Shown here: piece by piece, positions 44,431 to 59,016 of the stretch
How positions within the stretch are numbered: the first letter of the stretch is position 1
How the letters are laid out: each line of letters begins with the position of its first letter
Assembly: GCF_000150275.1 (NCBI RefSeq)
Contig: NW_002060962.1
Location: 496,001 to 560,000, forward strand
Length of the DNA: 64,000 nucleotides
Direction: 5' to 3'
Source of the DNA: Trichoplax adhaerens
Lineage: Eukaryota; Animalia; Placozoa
Notes under the pieces: model-generated
Databases searched by the model: none
What the model was told of the DNA's origin: nothing
The model's input: the letters and a program-made list of their open reading frames with translations, nothing else
Translations under genes and position numbers: made by a program

Positions 44431-44996
44431 ATGCTACGTCGTTATTGTACAGGAAATTTAATGCAGCTGATGCGAAGCAGCATTGGTTGTCGATGGTTCG
44501 CACTTTCAACATCAATGAAGAACAGCAACGATTCTTCCAACAACACTTTAGATAACAGTAGCTATAAAGAATCATTTGAAATGAAAGACAGCAACTTTGA
44601 AAACATGCTCCGACATTCAAAGTTTATAGGTATTGGTAAACCGGGCAAGAAAAAGGTTACTGGCCATATCAAGCATGTGGTTGGCGATGATTTATATGTA
44701 GATTTTGGTGGTAAATTTTACGGCGTTGTTAAACGTCCAAGCTATGCAGGAGATCGGTACGAACGCATTTTAATTTTGTAACGATCGATAATTAATTAAT
44801 ATGGCTAATCTTTCAGTTCCCTCGGTAATAAAGTGTCACGTATTAATAACTCGTTTCTTTTCTTGTCTGCTTGATTAGAGGTTACAAGTTAGGGGACAGC
44901 GTTACAATACGATTAAGAGATACCGAAGTTACTGGACATTTTATAGGACAGAGTCGTCATATGACTCTTTGCGAAGCTGATATTAGTCTTACGTGA
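44431..44996 (+). CDS. MRPS28: Mitochondrial small ribosomal subunit protein bS1m (2 exons)
   Basis: Arg/Ser-rich transit-like N-terminus; FENMLRHSKFI, VTGHIKHVVGDDLYVDFGGKF, VTIRLRDTEVTGHFIG and TLCEAD. Confidence 0.92.
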
Positions 44997-47770
44997 TTTT
45001 AGACATACGTCGTACATGCGAAACCGATCGAAAGGTACTCGTCTGTGAAAGGAGCGAATAGAAGGGTTCAATTTTACAGTTGTTAATATACAGCTGCAGA
45101 AAATTTCTTTCCTGTATATTGAATAAGCATTACAAAGCTCTACTGTATACTAATTGTCACAAATATATTTCTGTCTGAAATCTTGAAAATCTTCTGTACT
45201 ATACTGATTTTGGTTGAATACAATAAATAAGTGCTCTATATTCCATATTGCTATGATCTTTGCGTTATTCTCGGTTAGAGATCTGGGTTATTAGTATTTG
45301 CTTTATAATGTAGTAGTTGATCAATAACGCAACGTTTTCTTGTGGTATTTAAGATTGCATGATTGTATTTTGCATACTGGTAAATGGAGTGAAATTTGAA
45401 CTGATTTAAGCTTTCTTAAGCAGAATATATCGGACTTTATTCTTTTTTACATGTGTTGTCAAGAACTTGAACTATTTCTCATTTAGAATTGACGGAGATG
45501 GCTACAAAATCAGATGACTATATTATAAATTTGTAAAGATCTTAGTCTCTAAAAATCTAGTTAATAAGTGCAGTTCTAAATTAGAGTGTTAGCAGCGTCT
45601 TTGATCTGTTGCGATTTAAAATCGAATCGCCGGGTTGTGTGGTATATTGGCATAGCAGTAAAATAATTCTCCTACTGAAACCTGACCAATTGATCGCAAG
45701 CTTGTATAACTTTACAATGTTTGAATCGTATTGCCCTAATTCCATAATATATTTAGAAATTCACCGGCTGTATGTCAAAGGTAGATTCCTATGAAACTGA
45801 CGAGATGAGTAGCTACCATAGAATTGCATTTTGATTGCTTTTGAACTCGTAGCTACAAATTTGATAAATGCAGGGATTACCTTGCTGAAGGACTTCTAAA
45901 TTTTATATGCATTCATCTTTTCAAAATTGCTACTTTGATTTCGATCGTAATATACGAATATACAGTACTAGGGTAATAAGCGTATCCTATGCTTTACAGA
46001 GGTAACTTACAATTTTTCTTCACAATTGCTTAATTAAAAACGGCATAGCAATGTAAATAGGTAGTTGTACCTCCTAGAAGCATATATCTTAGCGTAAGCA
46101 AATATGCTTTGGGTAACTTTACCACCGACTTACGACATTAATGAAATTGTATTTGCCTTGCCATTGTAATGAATCATCGATTAATTAGCGAAGATGTAAG
46201 TCAAATCATGAGCTTTATGCAAATAACGTAGTGAATAAATGCACCTACGCGAAGAATTTCATTGAACATTAACCTAAACAAATTGTTCATATTATTAGAC
46301 TACCGTTGCATTGTTATACTGAAGAGTTCGATACTATTTATATTAAAGATGAAGCTGCGAATGATACAGAAAAGAAGAAAAGTTATCTAGCTCTCCGAAT
46401 ACGACCTAACATAAATGAACGATATTATGTATTCGCATCGATTCATTATAATATCAAGCCTGGTATTAGAATCACTTAGAAATTGCGACATATTTGTATA
46501 CCACAAATGGTACATTATATATATATACAATATACGACGTAATCTATTAATGGGTTACGATCATGATCAGTGAATTCTATGAGAAATGAGAAAACGATTT
46601 ATGCTCAGTAATCTGTTGTTTCATTTCGTTGCGTTTACGTATTGGCATTATGGTACCGTAATGTTCTCGCATATATATATATACATATGCAGTTCATATT
46701 ATAAACGTAGCCCTAACGCTTGTAAAGGCAGACTATTTATACAGATGACGAATAAAAATTTTGACTAGATACGTACAATTGCAATAGCATGGAGTGGTGG
46801 CTTCGCCGTATATAAGGATTGCACTACTATCTTGATCCTATTTAGTATACTTGACAATGGATAGTTATTCGACTGAATGTCTTCCTTATTAATTGCATTT
46901 AAACGAGAATGTAACATACTAACTAAACTATCTAGGAAAGACCGATACCATACCTTAACAGTGGAATCATCATGAAATGATGAAAATTTAATTATACCAT
47001 ATGCGCCTGTATATTATTGATTCGTAAACTAAAGAAATTAAAACACTATACTGTACACTTATAACGCATGTCGATATTTCTTTAATTGCCTAAATAACGG
47101 AATGAGCTCTATATATATATATATTTCATGTCTCACTACCAATTGAGTTACTGAAAGTATTGACACGTTAAAATTCATTCTCCGAAATAAGCACTTCTGT
47201 TTATTCATGAATTCAGGTTAGTTTAACGATATTGCAAAAGTTGGCAATACGCGTACAATGCTATGCATTTGAAATTATAATTATATTATTAAGCAAAAAA
47301 TATTTTGCTTATGATTACTGAATGTTATATTTCCAGATTTTGACGAGACTTGAAGCTATGTTTGTCTTAAAAAATAGTAAATCAGTTACAACTAAGATGT
47401 TTGCACGAAATCAATTTCAATATATTAATTATTATAGCATAGAAATAGAAGTAATCATGATCAAGATTGTGTTTTTTTCTGCAAACGCCTTCAGCTACGT
47501 GATCGGCTATGGACATTAAAGTTGGAAATATTAATACAGAGCAGGTTTTATATGTATAAAAATCCTCCAGCCTAGGCATGACATGACAATTATATATAAG
47601 AAATGTTTGAGATGTGATTCAGAAATTGTAATATGCCGTATATCATGGAAAATGAGATGGATAGATCCCATGGGTTTTGTATTAAAATGTTTTAATTAAA
47701 TTTTGCTTTGAAATTTATTTCATAATGATATTTTCATTTTACAATTTTAGAAAAATTTGAAGATCATAAA

Positions 47771-49660
47771 TTATGTAATCGGCATGCTAGGAGCTATTTG
47801 TTGAGAATACATAGGAAAGCCAGGATGCGAGGTTATGCCAGTCGTAATAACACTAGGATGTAGAGGCATTCGTGAGCATAAACTGCTATTTTCAAGTGGG
47901 ATTGAACCAATATGAGCAGCTTTCATAGTCTCATTTGCCATGAGATTGAGCTGTACTGGCATAGCAGTTGCACAAAAAGTCGTGGATTGTTGAGGGTTTG
48001 CATGAAAAGCTACTGGTCCAACTGGAGGTAAAGAATCTTGGGAGCAAGAACAGTTTGAAAAGCGCTGATTCATGCATGATTCTAAGTGATTTAGTAAACG
48101 TACTCGAGATGTATCGCTGCAATCGATTCCATGATGATCAGATATATAACGATTGAGTTCCATTGCACAACCATAAAATCCATATGCTTTATAATCCACT
48201 GCAGCTAATGGCGATCTTCCATAATAATGTGCAACACCATCTCTGCCTAAAATATTAATATAAATAATAATATGAATCACTTGAATCAGCGATGAACAAG
48301 TCTTTGATCCATTTTTTCTATGATGGATTGAAAGATGCTTTATATTCCCGTATTGTTATCCTATTTTTTGTGTAACATTACTTATACTGCAAATTAGGCT
48401 GTAAACTGTATAATAGCATATATTGTAACGCCGTTATAATCGTACCGAATAAGGATTGTAGTCTTTTGTTATGATAATAAACTTTTTGCTTTAGTAACAA
48501 TTACTCTGTTGATTCTGTATGATATCGAGTTTTTACAAGTTTTGTTTTGACAATTGAGTACAGTATGCAGGGTTAATGAAATTATAACGTTAAACATGCC
48601 TTCTTTCGATGCTTCTAGATACGCATAATTAATTTATATGATACGATGAATGAACATTTACTGGCTTACCTTCTTTCAGATGAAGTTTTAGATACTTTAA
48701 ATGATCTACTGTCATTTGCAGTATTTCGGCTTTTTCTAATTTTGCTGATCCCTATTCAAAATTATTGGAGAACATTTACTTATACGTGATTACGATATTG
48801 TATTGTATGAAATTATGATGACAACAAAAATTGAATTACACTTAATACTGTAGTTTTATCCTAGACAATTATGAACGAGTAATTGACTAGATCTTGTATA
48901 CATGTTACATTGTAATGTAGTAATTTCGTACAGAAGGATACATTCAATCAGCGTTAATCTACGTTATTACGCCTTGAAGGAAGTAGATTAGAGTGATCGG
49001 AAGCAATCTAATTCTAGCATAATATGTAACTATAGGAAATTAATCTACACCGTGATTTATTGTTACCTGTTTTTCATATGCCGTCGGTACTAATCTTTTT
49101 AATTCATGTAAGCAACGATTGATACGATCTCTACGTCGCTTTTCGATAATCTATAAGTTGAATTCATAATAAAATAAATCAATTTTTATTTTTTTATGCT
49201 ATATATGTAGTCTATCATCGTCAATACTGTAACTACTAGAAGAGTAGATAGAAGAAGACTAATGGTAATTGTTATTTTGGTAATCAATTGAGAATAAAGT
49301 AACGACTATTCTAGTCTATTTTTACTTTAATATACTGTAAATCATTGCACACTTGTATCATTAAGCGATATTAACCTTTGAAACTATAGGTATAAAACAA
49401 ATCCATGCTATATTATGATTGCAATCGATTTGTTGTCTTACCCCACGCTTCTTCTTCCTTGTGGTAATTTGAACATCATTGATGGATGATGACCTGCATA
49501 ACGTATCACACGCGACCAAAATTAGAATATAAATATTAAAAATTGGCTATATGTGTAACGGCACGTGTCCAAAAAGTAGTAGTGGAAGGTTGAACTATCG
49601 CTCTACTTACTCCATATTGGTGGTATCATCCGAGCTACTATCATTACCATCACATTTCAT
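47771..49660 (-). CDS. HEY: Hey-family bHLH-Orange transcription factor (5 exons)
   Basis: RKKKRG|[28 protein letters not shown]|[19 protein letters not shown], with the basic-region Gly diagnostic of Hey versus the Pro of Hes. Orange domain: [19 protein letters not shown]...RVRLLNHL. Confidence 0.95.
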
Positions 49661-49959
49661 ACTTTTAAACTGGATAGGATAATGAATTGGTAATTTCGAA
49701 ATGGAAAATGATGAAACGATTTACTGTTTGTATATTTTGCAAAGGGAGAACTATTACAAACTGTTATATGTGAAACTATCGAGTTATGTGCAATGTTCTT
49801 ATTAGGATACTTCATTATATAAGAGGAATGTATTATTAAGCTTTTGTTCACTATTGTTTCTAGAAACGTTAGCCCACGGCTGGTTACTAGCTATAGTTTT
49901 GTATTATTGTCTGCAATCTGTGATCATTTAGCTTTGCAGTTGATAATGTTATCTTGGTA

Positions 49960-50435
49960 TTGATTGGTTTATTGTCGTAGGACAATAAGATTGACCACGT
50001 GCAGATCGTGGGAACGGTCGGCCTCAATCAGCCCAACAGCCAATCAAGATGCAATCATGGTAATCTTCTATCACGACAACCGTGTGAACTATGATAAGCT
50101 ATGACGTGAACATCGTCAGTACCGGTAGTACATAAATGGCATAAAATACTATACGCTATAATATATAATCTAGCTAAGCATTGGATACTCTTTATGGATG
50201 TTTCCTCATCCATTTCATTCTTACAAAATGATCATGTTTTTATTAGTATAGAGTAAAGGTATACGATCCAATAATGTAGTCATAAACAGTATGGCATTAA
50301 TGAATGAAGCTTCTTGTTACCCGTGAGGAGGAGGGATATTTATTTTTTGGATGAGTTACAGTAGGAATACAAGATCAACTCTTTGTAGCAGAACATTTGT
50401 TTATATCTCCTGTTATCGTCATTGCATTTCTCACA
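49960..50435 (-). promoter_or_regulatory. Hey promoter: CSL/Su(H) sites, class B E-box, CCAAT boxes
   Basis: CACGTG 49996-50001, CGTGGGAA 50007-50014, CGTGTGAA 50081-50088, TTCTCACA (TGTGAGAA on -) 50428-50435; ATTGG near 49963 and CCAAT near 50040. Confidence 0.65.
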
Positions 50436-53400
50436 CACCCACTCTGTGGAAGATTAATCAATTTCAACAGCTAGATATTTGTATAGGAGGGTACACATAA
50501 TATGTGTACATTCGTAAGTACAGCATCAGAACAATTTGTCCCAAGCAACCGGTGATACAGGTTTTACTCTAATTTTGAAAGAAAGCTTGTTTGCTACACG
50601 CATTAACAAATTATGTACAAAAACCGTTCCAGATGAACTTTCGATCGATGCTTCATACTATTATTATATGTATTATATTAAAACTCACCGGTTTGATAAT
50701 TAATAAGGGATACAATTTTAAACCCTCTATTAACTTAAGCATTTCATGGCCTGTAACATATTTTATAAAGAATCTGATACAAACAGTAAATTAGACTTTC
50801 AATAACATTCGCGCTGTTGTTAAATTACGTAACCGTTTGATATAAAGTACAGTCTCATGGAAGTAGAGCATTGTTGTTTTTATCCTGTTCTTAGCGCATT
50901 GTTTTAAATATTATAGAGTTGACGAGTTGACGTCCAATAGTGAATAGAAAAAGGAACTATAATTCAGGCCTGTTCTGTCTCAAAATGATCGTTTATATTC
51001 CTCCGGTAGTAATTTGAAATATATATCATTCATTTATACTACAGCAGATGAGATAAAACATCGTGAATAGCTAAATGTCTTCAACAAACATAACCATTTT
51101 CTTATCTAACAAGGGAGTTAGTATCTGTAGCAGTGCAATCAGGTTCATTAACATTACACTATAGGACAACAATAATAATTATCGTTCTTATGTCAACGCG
51201 GAATTAATGATGCAGTGAAATCGCAATTTTTGATATTTACATGAGCCTTTCCAGACGCTAGTTGCTTCTTTAATTTAACATCGCTATTGTTCTTTTCCTT
51301 TTCAATGAACAATTGAATCCGGAGTTCATTCTGTAAACAAACCTTGAACAAACTTGTGTTTTATTATTACATTTTGGTATTTTATGACCCCTCCTTAAAA
51401 TCATGACTACGGTACCCTATAGCATGTCAAAAGGAATAGACTACACAGATACTACTATCAGCAGGGATAATAAGTTAATATCTGACAAGACTGGACAATA
51501 AGCAAAACAAAACTATGTGCTTTGTTCTCATATCTAAAATAGTAAAAAACCCCAAAGTCTCATTTTACGTATTATCAGTTTATTTTAGTGACATATAGCT
51601 TAATTTGTAGGTTAGTAAAATGCTGTATTGTTTTAGATAACCAAATTCAGTTAGTGTTAACGTGTTTAAACATTAAAAAAATCGATTAGGGTTGTTTCTT
51701 TCATTTATTGCTTCGTATTATGCACACAAATAGCTTCAATTAACAATAACCACTTGTTGACACTTTTTTGAACGTACTTTGTAATAAAGAGTCTACAAAC
51801 GTAGAAATTAGAAACTTTCGAAAGAACGTTATTAGAAGCGTAGATTTCACTACTATTTTATAAGCCGCATCAGAGTCCAAAAGTGAAATGCTATTGCGCA
51901 CATAGACGGTATATCATACATTTTGTATATGGTATCAAAGTATATATATAAATATGTAGCGTATACCATTTATTTTACGGAGAGTGAGTTAATTACTGTA
52001 CTTTGTGATAAGTGTGTGCGGAACGTGTACTGTACGCATACGGTAAAAGTAAATTTGATTTGATTTGTACTTATCGTGCGTTGCGACTTGCGAGAACACT
52101 GCACGTAACTAGAGATTATTCAGCACACTCGCATTATTCTATTTGTATTCATGTATTCTACTGTACAATTACGGCATACTGTTCTATACAATTTTTTTAT
52201 TTTTTTATGAACGCTACAATAAAGTACACAACACTGTATTAATTATCATGGAACGTTAGCTATCCATTGCTAATAGAAATATGCATACTGTTACCGGGAT
52301 ACAATGAAAATGTGCTGCTGATAGCGCATCTGTTATACATACTTTCGCAAATTTGATGCTTATATCCGATGATACTATCAATTAAATCATTTCTAAAGAT
52401 AACATATTTCATACGGGAATAATCATTTGTTGTTGTCATTATATTATATTATAAGAATGAAATTCTATCCATGCTTTTGCTTTTATTCTTTGTTGCAGTT
52501 GAAGTTTGAATTCATGTAAGATATAGAATACATTATTAGAGTGGCTATGGGCGTGCCGTTTCGTGCGAAGGCCGCATTAGCAACGCTTACGTGTATAATA
52601 CTCGGAGTATTCCACTACTTTATTTTGTAGATGAAGTTACTATAGGAAATTCAGACTACCGGCAATAGTCTAGTTGACTATATACTATACTGTATAATGT
52701 GAAATGCTGTATGTGTATAAAACGATAAATGCAACAAAAATCAACAGCTTAGCGACGATCATGAACTATTCAAACTATTTATGTCATACTGTAGTCCATG
52801 GCGTAGCGTAGCGTTCCGAGAAACTAAGAGCGATCATTTCTTCATACAAAATAATGACAGTACTTTTCAGCTAATCGCAACTAAAAGTTAGAAATGTTCT
52901 AAAAGATTCTATATATACGTAGTAAATGTAGCGCCTTACTCGCCAGCTGTTACATGATGAGATGCTGCCATTTAATGCTATAGGTGGCGATCTACAATCG
53001 ACGCGTATGTTTGGTAGTTCGTACCCATGACATCACTTTCGCTAACTCGTGATTCACAGTATATATTATATGCAAAAAAGATATCACGCACTGAATACTC
53101 GCCTAGTCCCTACAATCATATGGATATATTTGACAGCTGTAATACTATCACTACCTACCAATCTACTGACTATACAGAGTATTCGTCTTCTCTAGAATCC
53201 AAGCTATGTACAAACAAGCTCATTCGATCTTATACAGCACTATGAGTTCGCCATTACTACTTATACTCTTTCGATGAAGTAATTCATTCAAATTCCTATA
53301 CGAATTTTATAGTCTGTGATAGCAGATTCTACTACTGTACAGCACACTGTATAGCGTACTCTAAAGACCCTTAATGTGCTACTCTATAGTACTGTATATT

Positions 53401-53736
53401 CAGAGTTTAGACAAAAGGATCTCTGACATGCGTACTACTGACATTACCCATCCAGGTACTATACTGTCTCATGTACCATCTAAATTCTCTACTAAAACTG
53501 TCTATTAATGGTGTGTTCTAGAATAACTATCGGATAGTGCGTTCTCTGTGGATATTGGTCATATGAATGAAACTGTCACAGACTGATGATTGGCGTTATT
53601 GTATGACAAGGAAGGGATAGAATAGCATATCTACTATAGTAATTGAACAGTGGTTTTAGCAGTTTAGCTTGCAAAGCCAACAGTAGCTCAGGTCAAGTCG
53701 GCCAGTCCAGCCAGTTCAAGCGTTAACAAATCAAAG

Positions 53737-56700
53737 ATGAAAGTGGTAATTCTACTTTTGGATATTATAGCATTAAAACGATTTCCTCGAAATTGATAGA
53801 GTACATAGGCAATATATGTGTGTCAAAGTAACTTGTCTAAGTGATTTTTTTTCTTAACGGTATGGCTGAAGTACTGCTTGTCAGGTCATGCATCGGCGCC
53901 ATGTTCAGTGGTTCAACATCGGCAAATAACCGTCATGCTAGATTGCAGCTTGAGCATGGTTCCAGCGCTGCACTTTTTACCTGTTCCCGTAGTTACAAGG
54001 TGACTTCCATCATTTATTTTACTTGCAGTATTGTAACTTAAAGTAAATAGAATGGATGATATCCAACGCTATTGGAAGACTTGAAACTAATGTCTTGTTG
54101 TTGTAATTAGTGAAAGATTATCAAGCTGCAGAAATTGGAACAATCAGTTTATGAAGAGCAAGGTAATGAGACTACAATGGATCATCCAATTGCATTTTAC
54201 CAGTGTATCTTGTTAGCCATATTAATTTGAATGTGTAATTCAGAGCCAATCCGCATAGTCAATGATATAATTATCATTTCTATATTAATTTGTAGCTTAT
54301 TTTGGAGATAGTCGTCATTACGCTACAGCGGTAGGCCTCGGTAGTGTGGAGGCATAATACAGTGCTATTTAAAGCTTATAGTACTATTATGATACATATG
54401 ATTCTTTCTGCATAGGAAAGTGTCACAAAATAGTTTATAGGGTTACTAATCAATGCAACATTTGAACTCAGTCATAAAGATCTAATAAAAGATTTGAGAA
54501 TACTGTAGATCAATAATCAGTATTGAACAGAACCGATCATTCGGTCGCAGATATCGTTGTGGCAATTGATTGAGGACGATTTTATCATGACTTCAGTTTA
54601 TCTCGTCGATTAAGGTTAATAATTAATAGATGCAGTATGCACTACAGCTTTCATAGCTTCAAATGATGGTGTTGTTCTTTTTTGTAAAATTTGTTACCAC
54701 ATACTGCATGACTTATACTTAGTTGATAACTGGCTGTCGCTTGGAGGAGTATTTCTGATAGTCATAGAGATCAATTATAATCCTATTGATATAGTAATTC
54801 GCCTACTGACTAAATCCTAGCTATGTTATCAGCTAAGATTAGTTTATTTGAAGTATTGCATGTTAAATAAAGTAAAGGTACAAGTATAGCACGTGAAGTA
54901 TAACAAACGAGGGATCGACTAGTATATATATAGTGTATAACTTGCAGCAATATCCAGGTACTAATGCTAATATTATTTAATATATCTAGGTTATTAAAGA
55001 TATTAATGGTATACCGTTTATCGATAGTATGCCGGAATTTCGTTTACCGGAGGTAGGTGAACTCAACATTTCATACTTATAACCGTTTGTGCTTTTAACT
55101 AAAGAGAGAACTGTGTCTGTACGTATGCAAGCTTATGCGCGCTCTTTGCACTTAACGGTTTCGATACTACATGACGAGACTATTATTATATAAGCTTTAC
55201 TTATCATGGCATTGCATTACGTAACTACGTACAGCATGATGTGAAAATAATTCAAGATATACAAATATTGTAAATACGTATACTAATATTGGTTCAATAG
55301 ATGGGTTTCTTGGATCTCTTAAATCTTGATGCAATATTGATATCGAACTTTTATTGTATGTTGGCTTTACCATACATTACTGAGGTTTGTCCGTACATTA
55401 TACTTATAGTTCGTTATAGTAATAGTTTTGCTATTTCACATCTACCTGCTGCCACTTGACTTGTTTTTATACAATTTAAATTATTATCTCAGCGATGCGA
55501 ATTTCACGGGAAAATCTATGCGACTGAGCCAACATTGCAAATGGGAAAGTTAGTATCTGACCGAAATAATTCTCATGTGATTAGCGTCGGCTGTGATGAA
55601 TTTGATATGTTTACCTATTAGTTATATTAAATTAGGATAATTTTATTATTATTATTATTAAGATTGTTAATGGAAGAATTGGTATTTTATAACGAACGTG
55701 TTTCGAAATCTAATTCTATTAATGAATGGAAACAACCTGACATTATTAGGTACAACTTTCATAATCGCATTGCCAATTAATGATACATTATTTAGTTTAA
55801 TGGCTTTTAAAAATGAAAATTATTACTATTGAATTTTTACAATAGATTTCTTCCATCGCCTCTAAATCAGTTTGGAGATATCGCTGCGTGGAAATCGATA
55901 TATACGTAAGTTGTACTAAATAGTAATACTTATATCTCTGTTGGCTGAGACCTGTAATAATATATATTTATTGTAATCTATTTCTATGATTATAAACCTA
56001 CAATTTACAGCATTAAAGAAGTTGAAGCTTGTTTGTCTAAAGTTCAAGCTGTCCGACATCTTGAGAAATTAGTAAGGTGGCTTAAGTTAGTTAGATAAAA
56101 TTCTTTTAGATAACAGTGGCTATGTTTACTTAACGACACAGGACTTATTTGGAGCATTTAATGTTACCGCTTTAAGCTCTGGATTTTGTTTGGGAAGTAG
56201 CAATTGGATATTAGAATCTCCATATGAAAAAGTACATAAGTTGTAATAATTGTAAAATTTTGACTGACCAGTCTAGATAATTGCAAGGCATTATTTTATC
56301 ATGATAGAGGTATAACCTACAAACTTCTTTCTAATGTTGTTTTATCGTATTTTTAGATCAGTTACCTATCTTGCTCATCTATCTTTAGTACACACCCTAT
56401 GGTACGGCTTAATTTAATCCGTTACAATTTGTACTGTTCACCTGAAATTTTATTGAATGTGCTATTAACATGCATTTTTGTTTAATTCTTTGGTATAGCC
56501 CTTAGATCAAGAAGCTTTGAAGAAAAGTGATATTGTTATTTTAACTGGTTTAAGTCAAGTGCCATATGCAAATCCCGATCAACTTGTAACGGAACTATGC
56601 AACAATTTGGGTATGTTTTCATGTGTACTTGTAAAGTCATGAATATCTTATTAATTTTTTATCTTCGCATCATTCAAATAGCTTTTACCCTAAAAAATGG

Positions 56701-59016
56701 TGGGAACGTTTTGATTCCAAGTTATCCAACGGTGATTTAGCTAAATATTATGACACGTATATTACAACACATATATATATTAATTCACCTTTAGTAAGAA
56801 AACTTATGTTGTCGCTATTTTATAGGGAATTATTTACGACTTACTAGAATGCTTGTGCACGTTCATGGATCAATCAGGTCTCGGGAATATACCAATTTAT
56901 TTTATTTCCCCTGTAGCTGATAGTTCTTTGGCTTTCTCCAATATTTATGGGGAATGGTAATTTATACACAATATTAAAATTCCGTGAATTAAAACCATTT
57001 ACTTCATATAAACTATTTTTATATTCCGTTTACTACATATTTCGATGTCTGGGTACCAGGCTTTGCAACACGAAGCAAGATAAAGTCTATTTACCTGAGC
57101 CACCTTTCATCCACGCCGATGTAACATTAAGCTTATAACGATTTATACTATATAACGTTAATTTGTTAAAAAGGAGTGGTAAATATTAAGATTTTTAATG
57201 CCCTCCTATTTTACAGTTGGTCAAGACGAAAAGGTTGCAACATTTCCCTAATTTACAAGGTAATTTTAATCTCTAAGAATTAATACCAAGCAGTGGACTA
57301 AATAACGGACTAAAATTTATTTTTACATACTATAGATGGCTTTGGAGATGTGTTTAGTCAGCCATGTGTCGTTTTTGCTGGACATCCTTGCTTACGGATT
57401 GGTGACGCTGTTCATTTTATGGAAATGTGGAGAAACGACGAAAAAAGTTCTGTGATTTTTATAGGTACGTTCATTGGTACGGGTTGGATACTATACTGTT
57501 GTACAGTATTCGAAATGATTACTATTAACGACTAAATTTACAGTATATTATTGTATGTAACACTTGTGCTAACCTTGAAGTTAAATCTTTTGATATACAA
57601 ATATAGAACCGGATTTCCCTTACGAAGACGCCCTAGCACCGTTTCAACCACTTAGTATGAAAGTAGGTATCTAATGGTAAATTCTGTAGATACTTTTGAC
57701 ACGTAATGAATACATTGTTATTCTTTAGGCATTTTACTGTCCCATCGATCATCGGTTAAATTTTAATCAGGTCAACAAGTTACTTCAAGATATAAAGGTA
57801 TGCTGTATGATTGTCAGGCATTTACTTACGAGTCGGGTGTAAACAGCCTGAAATTCATAAAAAATAATTTTAACTATTTACTATCTTAATAACGTTGATA
57901 CTTTTGTTAAAGCCACAACGTTTAGTTTTACCTGAGAGCTATGTCAGGCCTTATGACGCATTTGGTCGTCGAATTGAACATTACGTTAACGCGGTGAGAT
58001 TTCATTATACCTACAATATAAGGCAATAATATTGCAATCTGGTATGAATTTGTATTTGTCCTGTTCGTAAGTTGTTTCTGTCGTGTTTTAGAGTGTTCCT
58101 ACCCACCCGTATAATAAAGGTGATGTTTTAGCTTTGCCGTTAAAAAGACAGTATGAAAAAGTTGTCATTAGTAATGAGGTATCCTAGAAAAATTTTGATT
58201 TCATAATAGATTCCTGTGCTACTTGCAACTTTGTATAGTCTATATTTCTTATTACGAATAACATTTTTTGTTAGTTAGCAAGCCAGCTGCATTTATCAGA
58301 AGTAAACAATTCAACTTTAATTGCTTCCGTGAGAGGATCATTGCATGTGTGTGACAATAAGCACACCCTTGAAGTGAATGATAGGTAAGCGTGCTTGCTT
58401 TGTAATGTTATTTGATACCCTGCAATAACATATTGAAACTGTCACCTAAGTCCGTCGTTTTATTACAGTAAAAATATAGTAGAGGATCACAACGACTATC
58501 TATGCGGGAAAATTGCGGTAGATGAATTGTTGAGTCGACTTTCTAAGGTTACTACTTTTACGTATAGTGCTTCGGCTATGCTGCATCTTTTATAACTTAG
58601 TAATAGAAACTTGAAACCATTTATTTAATATTTTGAAATGCAGTTGGGAATGTCGAACATTTCATCGGAAAGAACTGTCGCTGGTTATTCAATATTTATG
58701 GTTAGTATCTATATATAGACTTTGGGAATACCTGTCAATACCAATATTTAACATATATATATATATTGTGTACGAGTGTATTAATGATTCTGTTAGGAAT
58801 GTCTAGTGTAAATAGATTTCGTAAGCTATTACTAATTCTTATAAGTGACGTTAATTTTTAATATTTTAAAATCATGGCTGCTGATAGAATTCTGAAAATG
58901 CAGAAGATGCTCACATAATGCTAGAAGATGATTGCACGCATGTCATAACTCATGGTAACGAAGATTTACGTCGTCGAATAAGAGATTGCATTGTAGACTG
59001 CCTGACACACTTGTAA
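53737..59016 (+). CDS. INTS9: Integrator complex subunit 9 (inactive MBL/beta-CASP), about 20 exons
   Basis: A 9 nt first exon gives MKV|[11 protein letters not shown]...VMLDCSL. Further motifs: [81 protein letters not shown]; ends [11 protein letters not shown]. Confidence 0.95.
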
